Positions 1-9,765 of a DNA stretch of 64,000 bases are shown in pieces; the stretch's first letter is position 1, and every line of letters starts with the position of its first letter. Source of the stretch: a virus; the IMG/VR virus record IMGVR_UViG_3300025000_000065, positions 1 to 64,000 of that record. One strand, 5' to 3'. Under the pieces are notes generated by a model. That model was not told the DNA's origin and did no database searches. It was given only the letters and a program-made list of their open reading frames with translations. The position numbers were made by a program, and so were the translations under genes.

Positions 1-522
1 ACCGTTGGCTTCTGCGTAGGTTCTAAATTCGACGATGTTCTTGTTTATCAATGGATATTCGTTCGGCAAGCTGTTTAACTTCGTACCACCCGTCAGGGTT
101 GTGCCTGCAGGATATTTGCCAACATAGATAAAATCGTTATATGTTCCGGTTGTAAAATTGTAAAAACACCAGGGTTTATAACTGCCAGGCATTCTTGCCT
201 TACTAATCTGCCATGTTTTCTTGCTGGCTGTGTCAGTCTTACGGATGTAGAACGCTGGTATCTTTATAAACTCGTTACTGTCATCGTCTGTGAAAGTGTC
301 AAACTCTGAATAAATCGCGGCGGTATCGAAATCGTTTGTGGCAGCTCCGGCATCTACTCCGGCTTCTGCTGTAAATCCAACACTGCCATTGATACGGGTT
401 AGTGGTGTGTCTGTTTTATCCCATGATACACCATAAACCGCCTCGCCTGCATAGGTTGTTTGGACTTCGTTGATTCGATTACCGCCCAACAATAGTATCA
501 TTTTTTGTGCTGAACTTGGCAT
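1..522 (-). CDS. N-terminal part of a probable tail fibre/receptor-binding structural protein (runs off window start)
   Basis: Open frame from ATG at 522 (RBS AGGGGAGAGGAG) to position 1, MPSSAQKMILLLGG...YGVSWDKTDTPLTR...FIYVGKYPA; visibly GC-richer than the rest; absent from ORF track because it is truncated. Confidence 0.55.
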   Translation of the reverse strand, partial: MPSSAQKMILLLGGNRINEVQTTYAGEAVYGVSWDKTDTPLTRINGSVGFTAEAGVDAGAATNDFDTAAIYSEFDTFTDDDSNEFIKIPAFYIRKTDTASKKTWQISKARMPGSYKPWCFYNFTTGTYNDFIYVGKYPAGTTLTGGTKLNSLPNEYPLINKNIVEFRTYAEANG

Positions 523-690
523 GCTACACTCCTCTCCCCTGCTTTATCGCTAATCGTTGTCGTAATCGCATTATTCTGTCAGTTTGGAGCAGATTGGTAA
601 AACGAATAGTAAAGATGTCAATACTATTCTGAATATTTAAACCATCTTGATAAAAAATTTTTTTATTCATATTTTCTCACAATCTTCTCC

Positions 691-1221
691 TTAAAGAGGT
701 CTTGTTACAAGAGTAATAATTCTACTTCCAGATTGAGCAACAGGAGAAGCACTTAATCCCGAAATAACTTGTAAATCAGTTACCCCATAAAAATTTTGAA
801 GAATTAACGGATACCATCTTCCAGCAGAAGCAGAAGTAATGTAATATTCTGTTCCTGTGTCATATCCTTGCAAGGAACGGAAAATACCATCTCCATGAGA
901 AACTTGAAAAGAAATGTTGTTTGTAGTCCAATTTGAAGGAGTAATTAAAGCTGCAAGATCCGTACTGCTAATTGTGGCAGAACCAGATATTCCAGAACCA
1001 GAATCCATAATTGTTATAACTTCATTCCTCAGTGCAGATTCAGACACAGAAGTTAAAGGATACAGAATTAAATCTTCGCCAACCCTATACCATTGTTGTG
1101 TATCTATAATATAAACATCAGCACCAATCCAAGAAGCATTATCAATTTTACCACCAACTATATCACTTGATAAAGCCTGATAACTTTTTTTACTATTTTC
1201 ACTTATTACTATTAAACTCAT
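691..1221 (-). CDS. Hypothetical protein, probably virion-associated (Ser/Thr/Gly-rich)
   Basis: ORF track 691..1251; more likely start MSLIVIS at 1221 after a GGAG RBS. Confidence 0.55.
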   Translation of the reverse strand: MSLIVISENSKKSYQALSSDIVGGKIDNASWIGADVYIIDTQQWYRVGEDLILYPLTSVSESALRNEVITIMDSGSGISGSATISSTDLAALITPSNWTTNNISFQVSHGDGIFRSLQGYDTGTEYYITSASAGRWYPLILQNFYGVTDLQVISGLSASPVAQSGSRIITLVTRPL

Positions 1222-1342
1222 ATCTAATCTCCTTTTCTTCCTCTTCCTCAAGAGAAAACTATGAAATAAATTCTATAAAAATAAATTTTATAATTTAATC
1301 CAATAAAATCACTATTTTATTTTTCAATATTGTTTCAATAAA

Positions 1343-2194
1343 TTATTTTGTTTTATAAACCTCTCCAATTGGAGTTAAAGAACCGTTATTGTTTACAAGG
1401 TTGAAATCATACCAACCATCAGGGATATATTCAGCCTCAGGATCATATCTATTGGTAAAATAGCCATATTTAGTTATATATTCTTTGCTATCAATTACAT
1501 CTAATAATGATGAAAAAGATTCTGTATTTCCTGTTGTGTCTGCAAATTCAGTAACCCATATCTCAGGATGAACATCAGAAAATCTATAAATCATATATTC
1601 CATATCAATCCACCATATGTCTAATTGTTCAACTGTAATCCAACTTTCTACATAACCATGAAATCCATAATATTGTGGTTTTTGAATATTGGGATAATTA
1701 TCACGTAATTCAATAAGAAAATCTATAAACCACCATGAAGCCCACGCTGAAACATTTCCAACTACTAATTTTGCATTAGGTCGTGCTTGTATGAAATCAG
1801 CGTATCTTTTTGCGCCTTCAATTGGTGATATTGCCGATCCATAGGGAGCAACGTTGTTTGGTTCATTCAAAAATAAAATAAAACCATTATAATCTATTGG
1901 CAAACATTCTGGAACTAATCCAGCATAAGACATAGGAATGTACCTATTATCATTCAATCTAGTACAATCACACGACCATACATAATACCAACCTGCACCA
2001 ACCATATCTAAATCTGATAACTGATTGGTAACTAGGGCTATTCCTTTATTTTCATCATAATGAGGAGATATATAGTTTTTGAGTACAAGAGGAATAAAAA
2101 CCCGATATTCTTCATTTCCATAAGCAGGAACACTACGAGATAAAAGACATGCTATTAAAATAAGAAGAATAATTAAAAATATTTTACGCTTCAT
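1343..2194 (-). CDS. Secreted glycoside hydrolase, GH128/Glyco_hydro_cc-like
   Basis: N-terminal signal peptide; WYYVW, FLNEPN, GFHGY and IWVTEF clan GH-A type motifs; YRVFIPLVLKN motif after the signal peptide. Confidence 0.7.
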   Translation of the reverse strand: MKRKIFLIILLILIACLLSRSVPAYGNEEYRVFIPLVLKNYISPHYDENKGIALVTNQLSDLDMVGAGWYYVWSCDCTRLNDNRYIPMSYAGLVPECLPIDYNGFILFLNEPNNVAPYGSAISPIEGAKRYADFIQARPNAKLVVGNVSAWASWWFIDFLIELRDNYPNIQKPQYYGFHGYVESWITVEQLDIWWIDMEYMIYRFSDVHPEIWVTEFADTTGNTESFSSLLDVIDSKEYITKYGYFTNRYDPEAEYIPDGWYDFNLVNNNGSLTPIGEVYKTK

Positions 2195-2258
2195 TGAATT
2201 CCTCCCATTTCATTATTTTTTTGTTTAAATGCAATTTTATTTAAATTGTTTTTTATTA

Positions 2259-2663
2259 TTAAAATTCATCATCTTCTAAATCATCTAATTCAATATCTTC
2301 AAAATATTTTGCTGAATTTCTGCCTTCAGAATAAACATTATCATAAAGCAATTCTTTTAAGGTTTTAGAAAATTGAAAAACAATTCTTTTTGATTCGTCA
2401 ACCCATGCTTCTTTTTTCTTTAATCCAATCCACATTCTTCTTGCTGGAATTGTTTTTACATAAATTTTTCCAAGTCCATGAATCTTTAAGATTTTCTCTG
2501 CAATAATAGCACGAGCTATAATTCTAATTACAGATCTCCAAAATATTCTAGTATCTGATATTGTAAATCCAGCATCTTGCGATACTAAATGCAGAAATTT
2601 ATCAGTAGTTATTTCATTTATTTCTGGTCTATTTTGAAGATTGTATTTATTTTTTTTTAACAT
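2259..2663 (-). CDS. HU/IHF-like DNA-binding protein (SPbeta YonN-like position)
   Basis: LKIHGLGKIYVKTIPARR...RIVFQFSKTLKELL matches the HU/IHF beta-arm pattern; acidic tail; near the YonO-type RNAP. Confidence 0.75.
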   Translation of the reverse strand: MLKKNKYNLQNRPEINEITTDKFLHLVSQDAGFTISDTRIFWRSVIRIIARAIIAEKILKIHGLGKIYVKTIPARRMWIGLKKKEAWVDESKRIVFQFSKTLKELLYDNVYSEGRNSAKYFEDIELDDLEDDEF

Positions 2664-2725
2664 TTTGTTTTTCCTGTTGAAGTTTTGTTAATTTTAGTAT
2701 ATTCTATACCTATATAGCACAACCT

Positions 2726-3490
2726 TTAAACTGTATAAAAATTCTTTTTTTTATTACTATAATATTTTTTTGCATTTTCATTTATTTCTTTTTTTCTTTT
2801 TTCCTTAAAACATTTTTCACACATTTTTTTGTTCTTTCCTGTTTTTTCAATTTCAATTCCACAAATTTCACAATATGGTTTGTAATAATCAATAAAATTA
2901 TTAAAATTTTCAATAATTATTTTTGGATCGGAATTATCATTTTTATTAATATTAACAATGTAATATGCACCATCATTTCCAAAATTAGTATTAATTATAT
3001 TTTTTTCTAAAAGTTGGTTAAATATCCATTCTTTATTTTTTTCATTAGTTTTTGCAAATTTTAATATATGATAAGGAGTTGTTTTCAAAGTATAGTAATT
3101 AGTATTATTTTCATCAAAATTTTTACCAATAATAAAATAATACTTTGATAAAACAAGCATTATAAAAAGTATTTTTTCAAGGCGATAATTTTTTATGTTT
3201 CTAATTATATTAAATTCGTTCTCAGTAACTACTATGTTTTGAAATTTTTTTATTTTACTTTTCTTAGATGTTTTTATAATATTTAATAAAAATTCTTGAT
3301 ATAATATTTCATTATAGTTTTCTTGACGTTCTAATAGCCAGTTATTTATTTTATTGTATATTTCAGATTCTTCCACACCAATGTTTCTAAAATACATAAT
3401 TAATAATCTAATATCTTTTCCATTCATAAAAGAAGATAAACAATTATTGAACATATTTTTAGCATATGAAAACTCATCCAAAATAATCAT
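2726..3490 (-). CDS. Hypothetical protein with C-terminal Zn ribbon, coupled to the RNAP gene
   Basis: CEIC...CEKC; start overlaps the end of the RNAP ORF. Confidence 0.6.
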   Translation of the reverse strand: MIILDEFSYAKNMFNNCLSSFMNGKDIRLLIMYFRNIGVEESEIYNKINNWLLERQENYNEILYQEFLLNIIKTSKKSKIKKFQNIVVTENEFNIIRNIKNYRLEKILFIMLVLSKYYFIIGKNFDENNTNYYTLKTTPYHILKFAKTNEKNKEWIFNQLLEKNIINTNFGNDGAYYIVNINKNDNSDPKIIIENFNNFIDYYKPYCEICGIEIEKTGKNKKMCEKCFKEKRKKEINENAKKYYSNKKKNFYTV

Positions 3491-6251
3491 AAATTTCTCC
3501 AGTGTAATCAGTGATTTCTATTGTTTTCATTTCATATTTGTTACCCAAATAATTAATGCTTCCTTTTATATCTAAGAATGGAACTTTTACTTCGTCTTGC
3601 TTATTTTTTATAATATTGCTTATTAAATCTTCTCCAAAAACATTCCATAAAAAAGATTTATTGTCAGATGGATGAATAACGTAGCAAATATCAACTGCTA
3701 AATTTGCCAATTCAGATCCATTAGAAGAGATATCATTAGCCAAATTTCTAAAATGGGAATTAAATTGTTCTACGGTTTCATAATTATAATCATAATGTTG
3801 CTGATTTTTTTTATTTATATTTTTCTTTTCTTTTTTATATTGTTTATAAAGATCATATAATTTTTTTAATTTTTCTTTATCTGTATTAATTTCACTGTCT
3901 TTTAATATCAAGATATTTTCTTCACTTACTTTATTAAAATCTTCTGATTTCATTTCTTTTATAGAATTTATCATAAAATTTGAAACATTATTCATAACAC
4001 AATTGGTTTCTAAAAAAGGACTTAATGCATAATATTTATTTACAAAAGATAGTTCTTTTTCACTTAATTGAGTTTTATCTTTTTTATATTGATCAAGAAT
4101 ATCTTCTAATTTCTTCTTAAACTGTGTTCTTACATGAATTAAGTCTATGGACTTATAATAATTATTAAATTTTACATTATATTTTGGATATAGCCATCTC
4201 ATAAAATGAACACGTTGGTTTATACAAATGGCATTTAAAAATTCTTTTTCTTTTATTATTTCTTCGCTATCGGTTTCTTTTATCTTATTCCATTTTGTCC
4301 AATGCATAGGAAATGGTTTAATTTCTAATCCTTTAGTTGCATCAATTGTGCTTCCCTGTTCTTTTCTAAAACATTTCAATCTTTTTATGATTTCATTATA
4401 TTCTTTTGATTCTTCTTCAAATTTAGGCAGAAGAGCAGATGCTGTAGTACCGACATTTGTAACAAATCCAACAGAATTATTGAATCCTCGGATATCAGAT
4501 AAATATAATTCGTTTTTATTAATTATTTTTTTAGGTGCTTTTTTATTTTCATAATCCACAGGTAATCCACCGTACACACCATTTATTATTTCTTTATTAT
4601 TTGTGATACAAACTATGTCTCCATCAAAATCAGATCCACCATGAATTAAACAATCATTTCCAAAAATATTATATACAACACAGTTATCTAAATATTGAAA
4701 CCATTCTTTTATTTTTTCATTATATTTTAAATTAAGAATATTTACTTCACTTCTCCAGATAAGAGGAGCTCTCATTCCTGCTAGTATATATTCTCCTTTA
4801 TTCACCCAATATTTATTATAATGTTCTCCTCTTTGTAATAATCCTTTTATTGGAAGATCAAATATATATTCCAAAAAAGCATAAGGATCAGAAACCATCA
4901 TAGTGTAAGATCCATCAATTATTAACTTTCCTATATATGATTGTTTAATTTTTTTATTTAAACTATGAACAATGTTGTTTTGTACATATGGATCTTTTAA
5001 TAACTGATTATTTAAGATAATGGCTTTTACAACCTTATCATTAATCTTATTGAAAATATTTTTATCATATTCTCCATCAGACATTCTTCCAAGAAAATAT
5101 AATAAAGTTTTTGATATATCAGATTTAATAATACTTTTAAAATATTTTACAGTTGGGGAGCAAAGATTTTCAATAGATTGATTATCAAGATTTAATGCTT
5201 GAATAAACTGATAATTTAAAAAAGTATGCTTTTTCTCATGTTTTGGAGCAACCCTGGTAATAGACCATTGTAAATTATTCGACTTAGATTTTTTCTTATA
5301 TTCTGAAATTGAAGAAAAGGCATTCCATAATTTAAATTGAGATTGTGTTAAAATAACGTCCATGTCTCGAATATTAACATTATTTCCATAAATATCAGTA
5401 ATAAATCTTTTTCCTATTTTATCAGAAAATTTATGAAAATCAATTACGACAACCAGTCCTTTTATAAAATTTGATCGAACAATAAAAGAAGATGGAATAT
5501 AGTCTAGTTCTAATTCTTCAGCCCAATGTTTAGCCATTTTAGGAGATATGATTCCTTGACCGTCCCATAAATTAAAAGTAATATCTCTGTCCATTTCAAT
5601 TACTTCGTCATCGCCATTTTCTATTTCTTTTACAAAATCAACTCTTTCTGTTCTGACAACTTCTTTGTCTGGAACTACACAAAAATAAGGTTCAGAAACA
5701 GGAATAGATGCAGATGTAGATAAACTAAAATAAGCATTATATTTTTCAGGAGTTATCTCGATATCATTTCTATCATTATTTAAAATTGAATACATTTTTT
5801 CTTCATATTCCTGATCAATGTATAAAGCATTATTTCTTCTTGCTTGACCTGCTCCACAAGCAAATCTAATATATTTTTTGTTATTTAATATAAAACCATT
5901 TTTCCCAATATATTTATAATGTCTTATATCATCTACAAAAATTGAAATGATTTCAGGAACAAATAATAAATCTCTTAATTTTTGTTCTGTTTCCAATAAT
6001 TCTTTCAGGTTTTCTTTATTATGAGATCTTCTTTTTATTTTTCTTTTTTCTGATAATAATATATCAATTTCATCAGTATCAATATTTATACCTTTTATTT
6101 GTCTAAGAGTTCTCAACATTTGAGAATCACCTAAAGAAATAATTTTTGAAGATTTTTGCGCCTCTTCAAAAGACATTGTTATATTATAATTTGAATGATT
6201 TAATTGAGTTGTTGAAATTTTAAAAATGTAATACTGTTGAAGTTTTTTCAA
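3474..6251 (-). CDS. yonO: YonO-like single-subunit DNA-dependent RNA polymerase (cellular RdRP-related double-psi-barrel family)
   Basis: About 925 aa; catalytic GGSDFDGD, DGQG, IKG and RAP motifs; likely TTG start at 6251 after AAGGG RBS (ORF track extends to 6314). Confidence 0.88.
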   Translation of the reverse strand: MKKLQQYYIFKISTTQLNHSNYNITMSFEEAQKSSKIISLGDSQMLRTLRQIKGINIDTDEIDILLSEKRKIKRRSHNKENLKELLETEQKLRDLLFVPEIISIFVDDIRHYKYIGKNGFILNNKKYIRFACGAGQARRNNALYIDQEYEEKMYSILNNDRNDIEITPEKYNAYFSLSTSASIPVSEPYFCVVPDKEVVRTERVDFVKEIENGDDEVIEMDRDITFNLWDGQGIISPKMAKHWAEELELDYIPSSFIVRSNFIKGLVVVIDFHKFSDKIGKRFITDIYGNNVNIRDMDVILTQSQFKLWNAFSSISEYKKKSKSNNLQWSITRVAPKHEKKHTFLNYQFIQALNLDNQSIENLCSPTVKYFKSIIKSDISKTLLYFLGRMSDGEYDKNIFNKINDKVVKAIILNNQLLKDPYVQNNIVHSLNKKIKQSYIGKLIIDGSYTMMVSDPYAFLEYIFDLPIKGLLQRGEHYNKYWVNKGEYILAGMRAPLIWRSEVNILNLKYNEKIKEWFQYLDNCVVYNIFGNDCLIHGGSDFDGDIVCITNNKEIINGVYGGLPVDYENKKAPKKIINKNELYLSDIRGFNNSVGFVTNVGTTASALLPKFEEESKEYNEIIKRLKCFRKEQGSTIDATKGLEIKPFPMHWTKWNKIKETDSEEIIKEKEFLNAICINQRVHFMRWLYPKYNVKFNNYYKSIDLIHVRTQFKKKLEDILDQYKKDKTQLSEKELSFVNKYYALSPFLETNCVMNNVSNFMINSIKEMKSEDFNKVSEENILILKDSEINTDKEKLKKLYDLYKQYKKEKKNINKKNQQHYDYNYETVEQFNSHFRNLANDISSNGSELANLAVDICYVIHPSDNKSFLWNVFGEDLISNIIKNKQDEVKVPFLDIKGSINYLGNKYEMKTIEITDYTGEIYDYFG

Positions 6252-6329
6252 ATTGAAAATTTCCCTTGTTGTAATATTCTTTTTTTTTTTTTTTACCAAT
6301 AAAAAATAACTCAATAAATAGAAAGTAAT

Positions 6330-6476
6330 TTAAGTTATTATATACATTCCGGTTTTATTATCTTTTAATTTACGGTTCATACCTTTCCCTACAACTGTAT
6401 ATTCTCCAGATTTTACTTTCTCTTTATTCCCTGAATTAAAAATAGCTGCTAAAAGTAATCCTATAATGATATGCAT
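6330..6476 (-). CDS. Small hypothetical protein (48 aa) with hydrophobic N-terminus
   Basis: ATG at 6476 after GAAAGGA RBS, MHIIIGLLLAAIFNSG... Confidence 0.45.
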   Translation of the reverse strand: MHIIIGLLLAAIFNSGNKEKVKSGEYTVVGKGMNRKLKDNKTGMYIIT

Positions 6477-6497
6477 AATATTATCCTTTCTTTTGTT

Positions 6498-6833
6498 TTA
6501 ATCTTTTAGTAAATCAATTAATGTTTTATTGATATCTTCATCCCAATTTCCACACGAATATTCATCATAATTATAATCTAAAATATTTTGACCATTTATT
6601 TCAAATCTGTAATAAGACATTTCTTCCCAATCAAATTCATTTCTACACATATAATTTTCATCTTTTTCTATGGCTTCATCCAATAGGATTTCATAAAATT
6701 CATTGTAGCATTTATTCTCATCAATATCTATATCTTCAAAACTTACATCAGAAAAAGTTTCTAAATAAACATCTTCTAAATCTTCTTCATCAAATATTAT
6801 TATTCTTTGTAGTAACCCTTTGTTGTGTGACAT
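6498..6833 (-). CDS. Highly acidic hypothetical protein
   Basis: ORF track; strongly Asp/Glu-rich; AGGAG RBS. Confidence 0.6.
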   Translation of the reverse strand: MSHNKGLLQRIIIFDEEDLEDVYLETFSDVSFEDIDIDENKCYNEFYEILLDEAIEKDENYMCRNEFDWEEMSYYRFEINGQNILDYNYDEYSCGNWDEDINKTLIDLLKD

Positions 6834-6988
6834 TTTTCTTTTTAATTTACTCCTTATTCCCTTGCTTATACCAATAATGTGATATATAATACGGATAATT
6901 ATAAATAATTATTTTTTTCAGTAAACCAGCATAGAGCAAATAATATTCCAATAATAAAAATAAAATCTATACTGGTTTACTAAAATAA

Positions 6989-7081
6989 ATAATATCATAG
7001 AACATATTTTTTGTCAAGAAGAAATAAGTTTTAGAAAAAAGTATCGTTCTTCTTGACAACAATGGAATATCATGTTATAAA
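6989..7081. promoter_or_regulatory. Divergent sigma70-type promoter pair
   Basis: Minus TTGACA(7017-7012)-17-TATTAT and plus TTGACA(7053-7058)-17-TATAAA; both -35 boxes lie in an inverted TTCTTGACAA repeat. Confidence 0.65.
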
Positions 7082-7133
7082 TTTGTTTGCTATGAAAAAT
7101 AGCATTATTAAAAAAAATATAAAAAGGAAAAAT

Positions 7134-7655
7134 ATGATTAATCAAGAAAATAAAGGTTATTTTGAAGATGGATCTGGTCTTGAATATTTTAAAGTGTATA
7201 AAGACATGTTGAACCATTATGGAGTAATTCCTTCAATGGTATTTTCAGTTATTGCCAATTATTCAAAATATGCAATGTCTGGAGATAAAAGATGCTGTAC
7301 TAAATCAGAAGTTGCTATAGGAAATGAACTTCAATTAAGTTGGTCAAGTGTAAGAAAAGCCATCAAACTTTTATTAAAAGACAAGTTAATTGAAAAAGTC
7401 AATAAATCTCAAATGACTTTAGAAGAGAAATTAAATAGTGCTAACTGGTACAGACCTGTTTCAAAAAATATTTATCAATTGAAAAATAAAGAAAAAAAGA
7501 CTTATCTAAAAACAAATTATCAAAGACAAAGATATCAGGAAACAGGTCGTGAAAAAATTAAAGAAAACATCAAAGAAAAGATAAATCAAAAAGAAAAGGA
7601 AAAGGAAAAAGAAAATAAAAAAGGTGAAGAAAATAATGATGAATATTCCTGGTAA
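7134..7655 (+). CDS. HTH replication-initiator-like protein
   Basis: SEVAIGNELQLSWSSVRKAIKLLLKDKLIEK winged-HTH pattern; iterons directly downstream; start at 7134 after AAGGA RBS (ORF track 7053). Confidence 0.6.
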   Translation: MINQENKGYFEDGSGLEYFKVYKDMLNHYGVIPSMVFSVIANYSKYAMSGDKRCCTKSEVAIGNELQLSWSSVRKAIKLLLKDKLIEKVNKSQMTLEEKLNSANWYRPVSKNIYQLKNKEKKTYLKTNYQRQRYQETGREKIKENIKEKINQKEKEKEKENKKGEENNDEYSW

Positions 7656-7680
7656 AAATTTAAAAAACTTAAAAACTATC

Positions 7681-7788
7681 GTTGTTAAAAAGAACAATTC
7701 ATTGTTGTTAAAAAGAACTATGTATTGTTGTTAAAAAGAACAATACATAGTTGTTAAAAAGAACAATACACCTGTTGTTAAAAAGAAC
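7681..7788 (+). repeat. Five iterons GTTGTTAAAAAGAAC, putative replication origin
   Basis: Exact 15-mers at 7681, 7704, 7727, 7750 and 7774 (period 23,23,23,24), followed by AT-rich TAAAAGAA repeats to about 7845. Confidence 0.85.
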
Positions 7789-7960
7789 CTATTAAAGAAT
7801 ATATAAAAGAATATTTAAAAGAAATATTAAAAGAACTCTTAAAGAGAGAAATAGTGTACACCAGTAAAATTCTTTACAAAAAATTTTTTACAAAGAATTA
7901 ATTAAATAGCCTACGGCGTTTACTGCAAAAGAATAAGAAAAATAAAAAGGAAATTAATTT

Positions 7961-8236
7961 ATGAGCGAGATAAATGTAAAAATAATTAAGTGTGATAGTT
8001 GTGGAGGAATCATTCCTGGTAAGTTTTATATAGATCAGGATAAGTTTATTAATCTTTCTGAAGTAAAAGCAAAAGATTCTATGGAAAATAACTTAGACTT
8101 TTGTTTTGAATGTTGGAAGTATTATGCCAGAAGAGCCAGAGGAAGGATTGATACAGTAGAATTGATCAATGCTGAATTAGGTTTCAATATTACTGAATAT
8201 AAGGTTATTGGTTGTAGTGAAGAAGAATTAATTTAG
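7961..8236 (+). CDS. Hypothetical Zn-finger protein
   Basis: CDSC...CFEC; AAGGA RBS. Confidence 0.6.
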   Translation: MSEINVKIIKCDSCGGIIPGKFYIDQDKFINLSEVKAKDSMENNLDFCFECWKYYARRARGRIDTVELINAELGFNITEYKVIGCSEEELI

Positions 8237-8271
8237 AAATAGAATTAGTGTAGATATATGGGAGGTATAAT

Positions 8272-8586
8272 ATGAGTGTTAAAAATAATAGTGGTAAAAA
8301 TAATACTGGTAATAATAAAGAACAAATGTATCAACAATGTCTTCTGAGAAAAAGATCTGGAAATGTAAGTATTCTTGATGTTAGTTGGATTCCTGTAGAG
8401 TATGCTGTTGTTGGTAAGGTTTTGAAGTTAAAAAAAGAAGAAGGAAAATTAGATCAATCAGGTGAATGGAAAAGTGGTTGGGATGATGGTTGGATTGTTA
8501 TAAAAGTATATGGGGTGAGAAGTGAAAGTGATATTGTGAAGATGAATTGGGATTATAGAAAGTGGAGTGAAATTGGTTCTTCATGA
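8272..8586 (+). CDS. Hypothetical phage protein
   Basis: GGAGG RBS; ORF track. Confidence 0.65.
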   Translation: MSVKNNSGKNNTGNNKEQMYQQCLLRKRSGNVSILDVSWIPVEYAVVGKVLKLKKEEGKLDQSGEWKSGWDDGWIVIKVYGVRSESDIVKMNWDYRKWSEIGSS

Positions 8587-9765
8587 TTGACCTAATTATT
8601 GTTATTGGTTTGTTTTTATTAATTTGGTTAATTTTTTTGTTATTGGGTTATTAGGGTTATTAAGGGGAAAGGTTTTATTTTAGTGTTTTATAATTTTAGG
8701 TGTAATTTTTGTTGTTAGTATATTTTTTATAGTTTTTTGGTTTATGTTTTTTTATGTGAAGGTTTTTGTTAGTGATTTTGTGTAGTTTTATTTGAGGTTT
8801 TTGTGTTTGTTTAGGGGGTTTTGGATTGTTTTTGTTGTGAAGTTTGGAGGGGGGTTTATTGAGGGGATTTTGGTGATGTTTTGGATGAGGAAGTTAAGGG
8901 GGTTTTGTAGGGTGTGTGAGTTGATGTGCCATACCTGGTTTTCGAATCTGTTTTCAATTAAATCACGTAAACATACGCCTATCAATCTCATGTTATGCCA
9001 TGCTATACGCTCATATAACTTGCCATAATATACACATTATGACAACTTTTAAGGCTATTTTAAAGGATTTTAAAGCGATTCTATTGGTTGTATGTATAGA
9101 ATGATCATTCAAGGCTGATTGATACCAGGATTGACTATTCTTAACTTGTTGATTGATATCCAATGTCATGCCATAGGTTGACTATATACCAGTATGCAAT
9201 GGTATAGCATCCTGTTTAAGCATGATTTAAAGGATTTTAAACGGTTTATATAGTGATATGATATATAATGACCTATTGACTATATAAACGCCTTAGAATG
9301 GCTTAAACGATGATTGATTAATGGTATTTTTGGAGATTAAAAGTATATCACAACGTGATATATCATGACGTGATACATCGTATAACATGCTGTTTTCTGG
9401 AGAAGCACTATATAACTACTATGTAATACATAATACTGATTGTTAAATAATTTACACTTGTAAAATAAAATACATTTATAAATCATTTAACAATTCATAC
9501 CAATACATCAATCAATACATCAATCCTTAACTATCAATCAATACCATCAATTAAAGTATAACCAGGGTTACACTATTCAATACATCAATCCAACAATACA
9601 ACCTTAACCAACAATCAATACAATCCAACAATCCAACAACTTAACCAACAATCCAATAAACAAATTAAAAAAAATAAAATCCTGATAATTTTTTTCTACC
9701 AGGATTTTATTTTTTATTTTCTCCAGTAATTTATTTATTGTTTGATCAATTAATCAATTCTTTAA
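8587..9765. other. Long non-coding region with G/T-rich left arm and C/A-rich right arm
   Basis: 8590-8935 is almost devoid of C and 9495-9660 almost devoid of G; lies between convergent gene blocks. Confidence 0.7.
9672..9714. terminator. Intrinsic terminator, probably bidirectional
   Basis: AAAATAAAATCCTG...CAGGATTTTATTTTTT hairpin after the minus-strand early genes. Confidence 0.6.

Noticed and set aside
6280-6294. 15-nt homopolymer as a phase-variation switch for the RNAP
   Set aside because: It lies upstream of the likely TTG start at 6251, and long A/T runs are common in this genome.
7681-7788. Repeat array as a mini-CRISPR
   Set aside because: Repeats are 15 bp with only 8-9 bp similar spacers, no cas genes; fits iterons.
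8788-9028. ORFs 8788..8991 (-) and 8792..9028 (+)
   Set aside because: Products of low-complexity G/T-rich sequence, with no RBS and biased composition.
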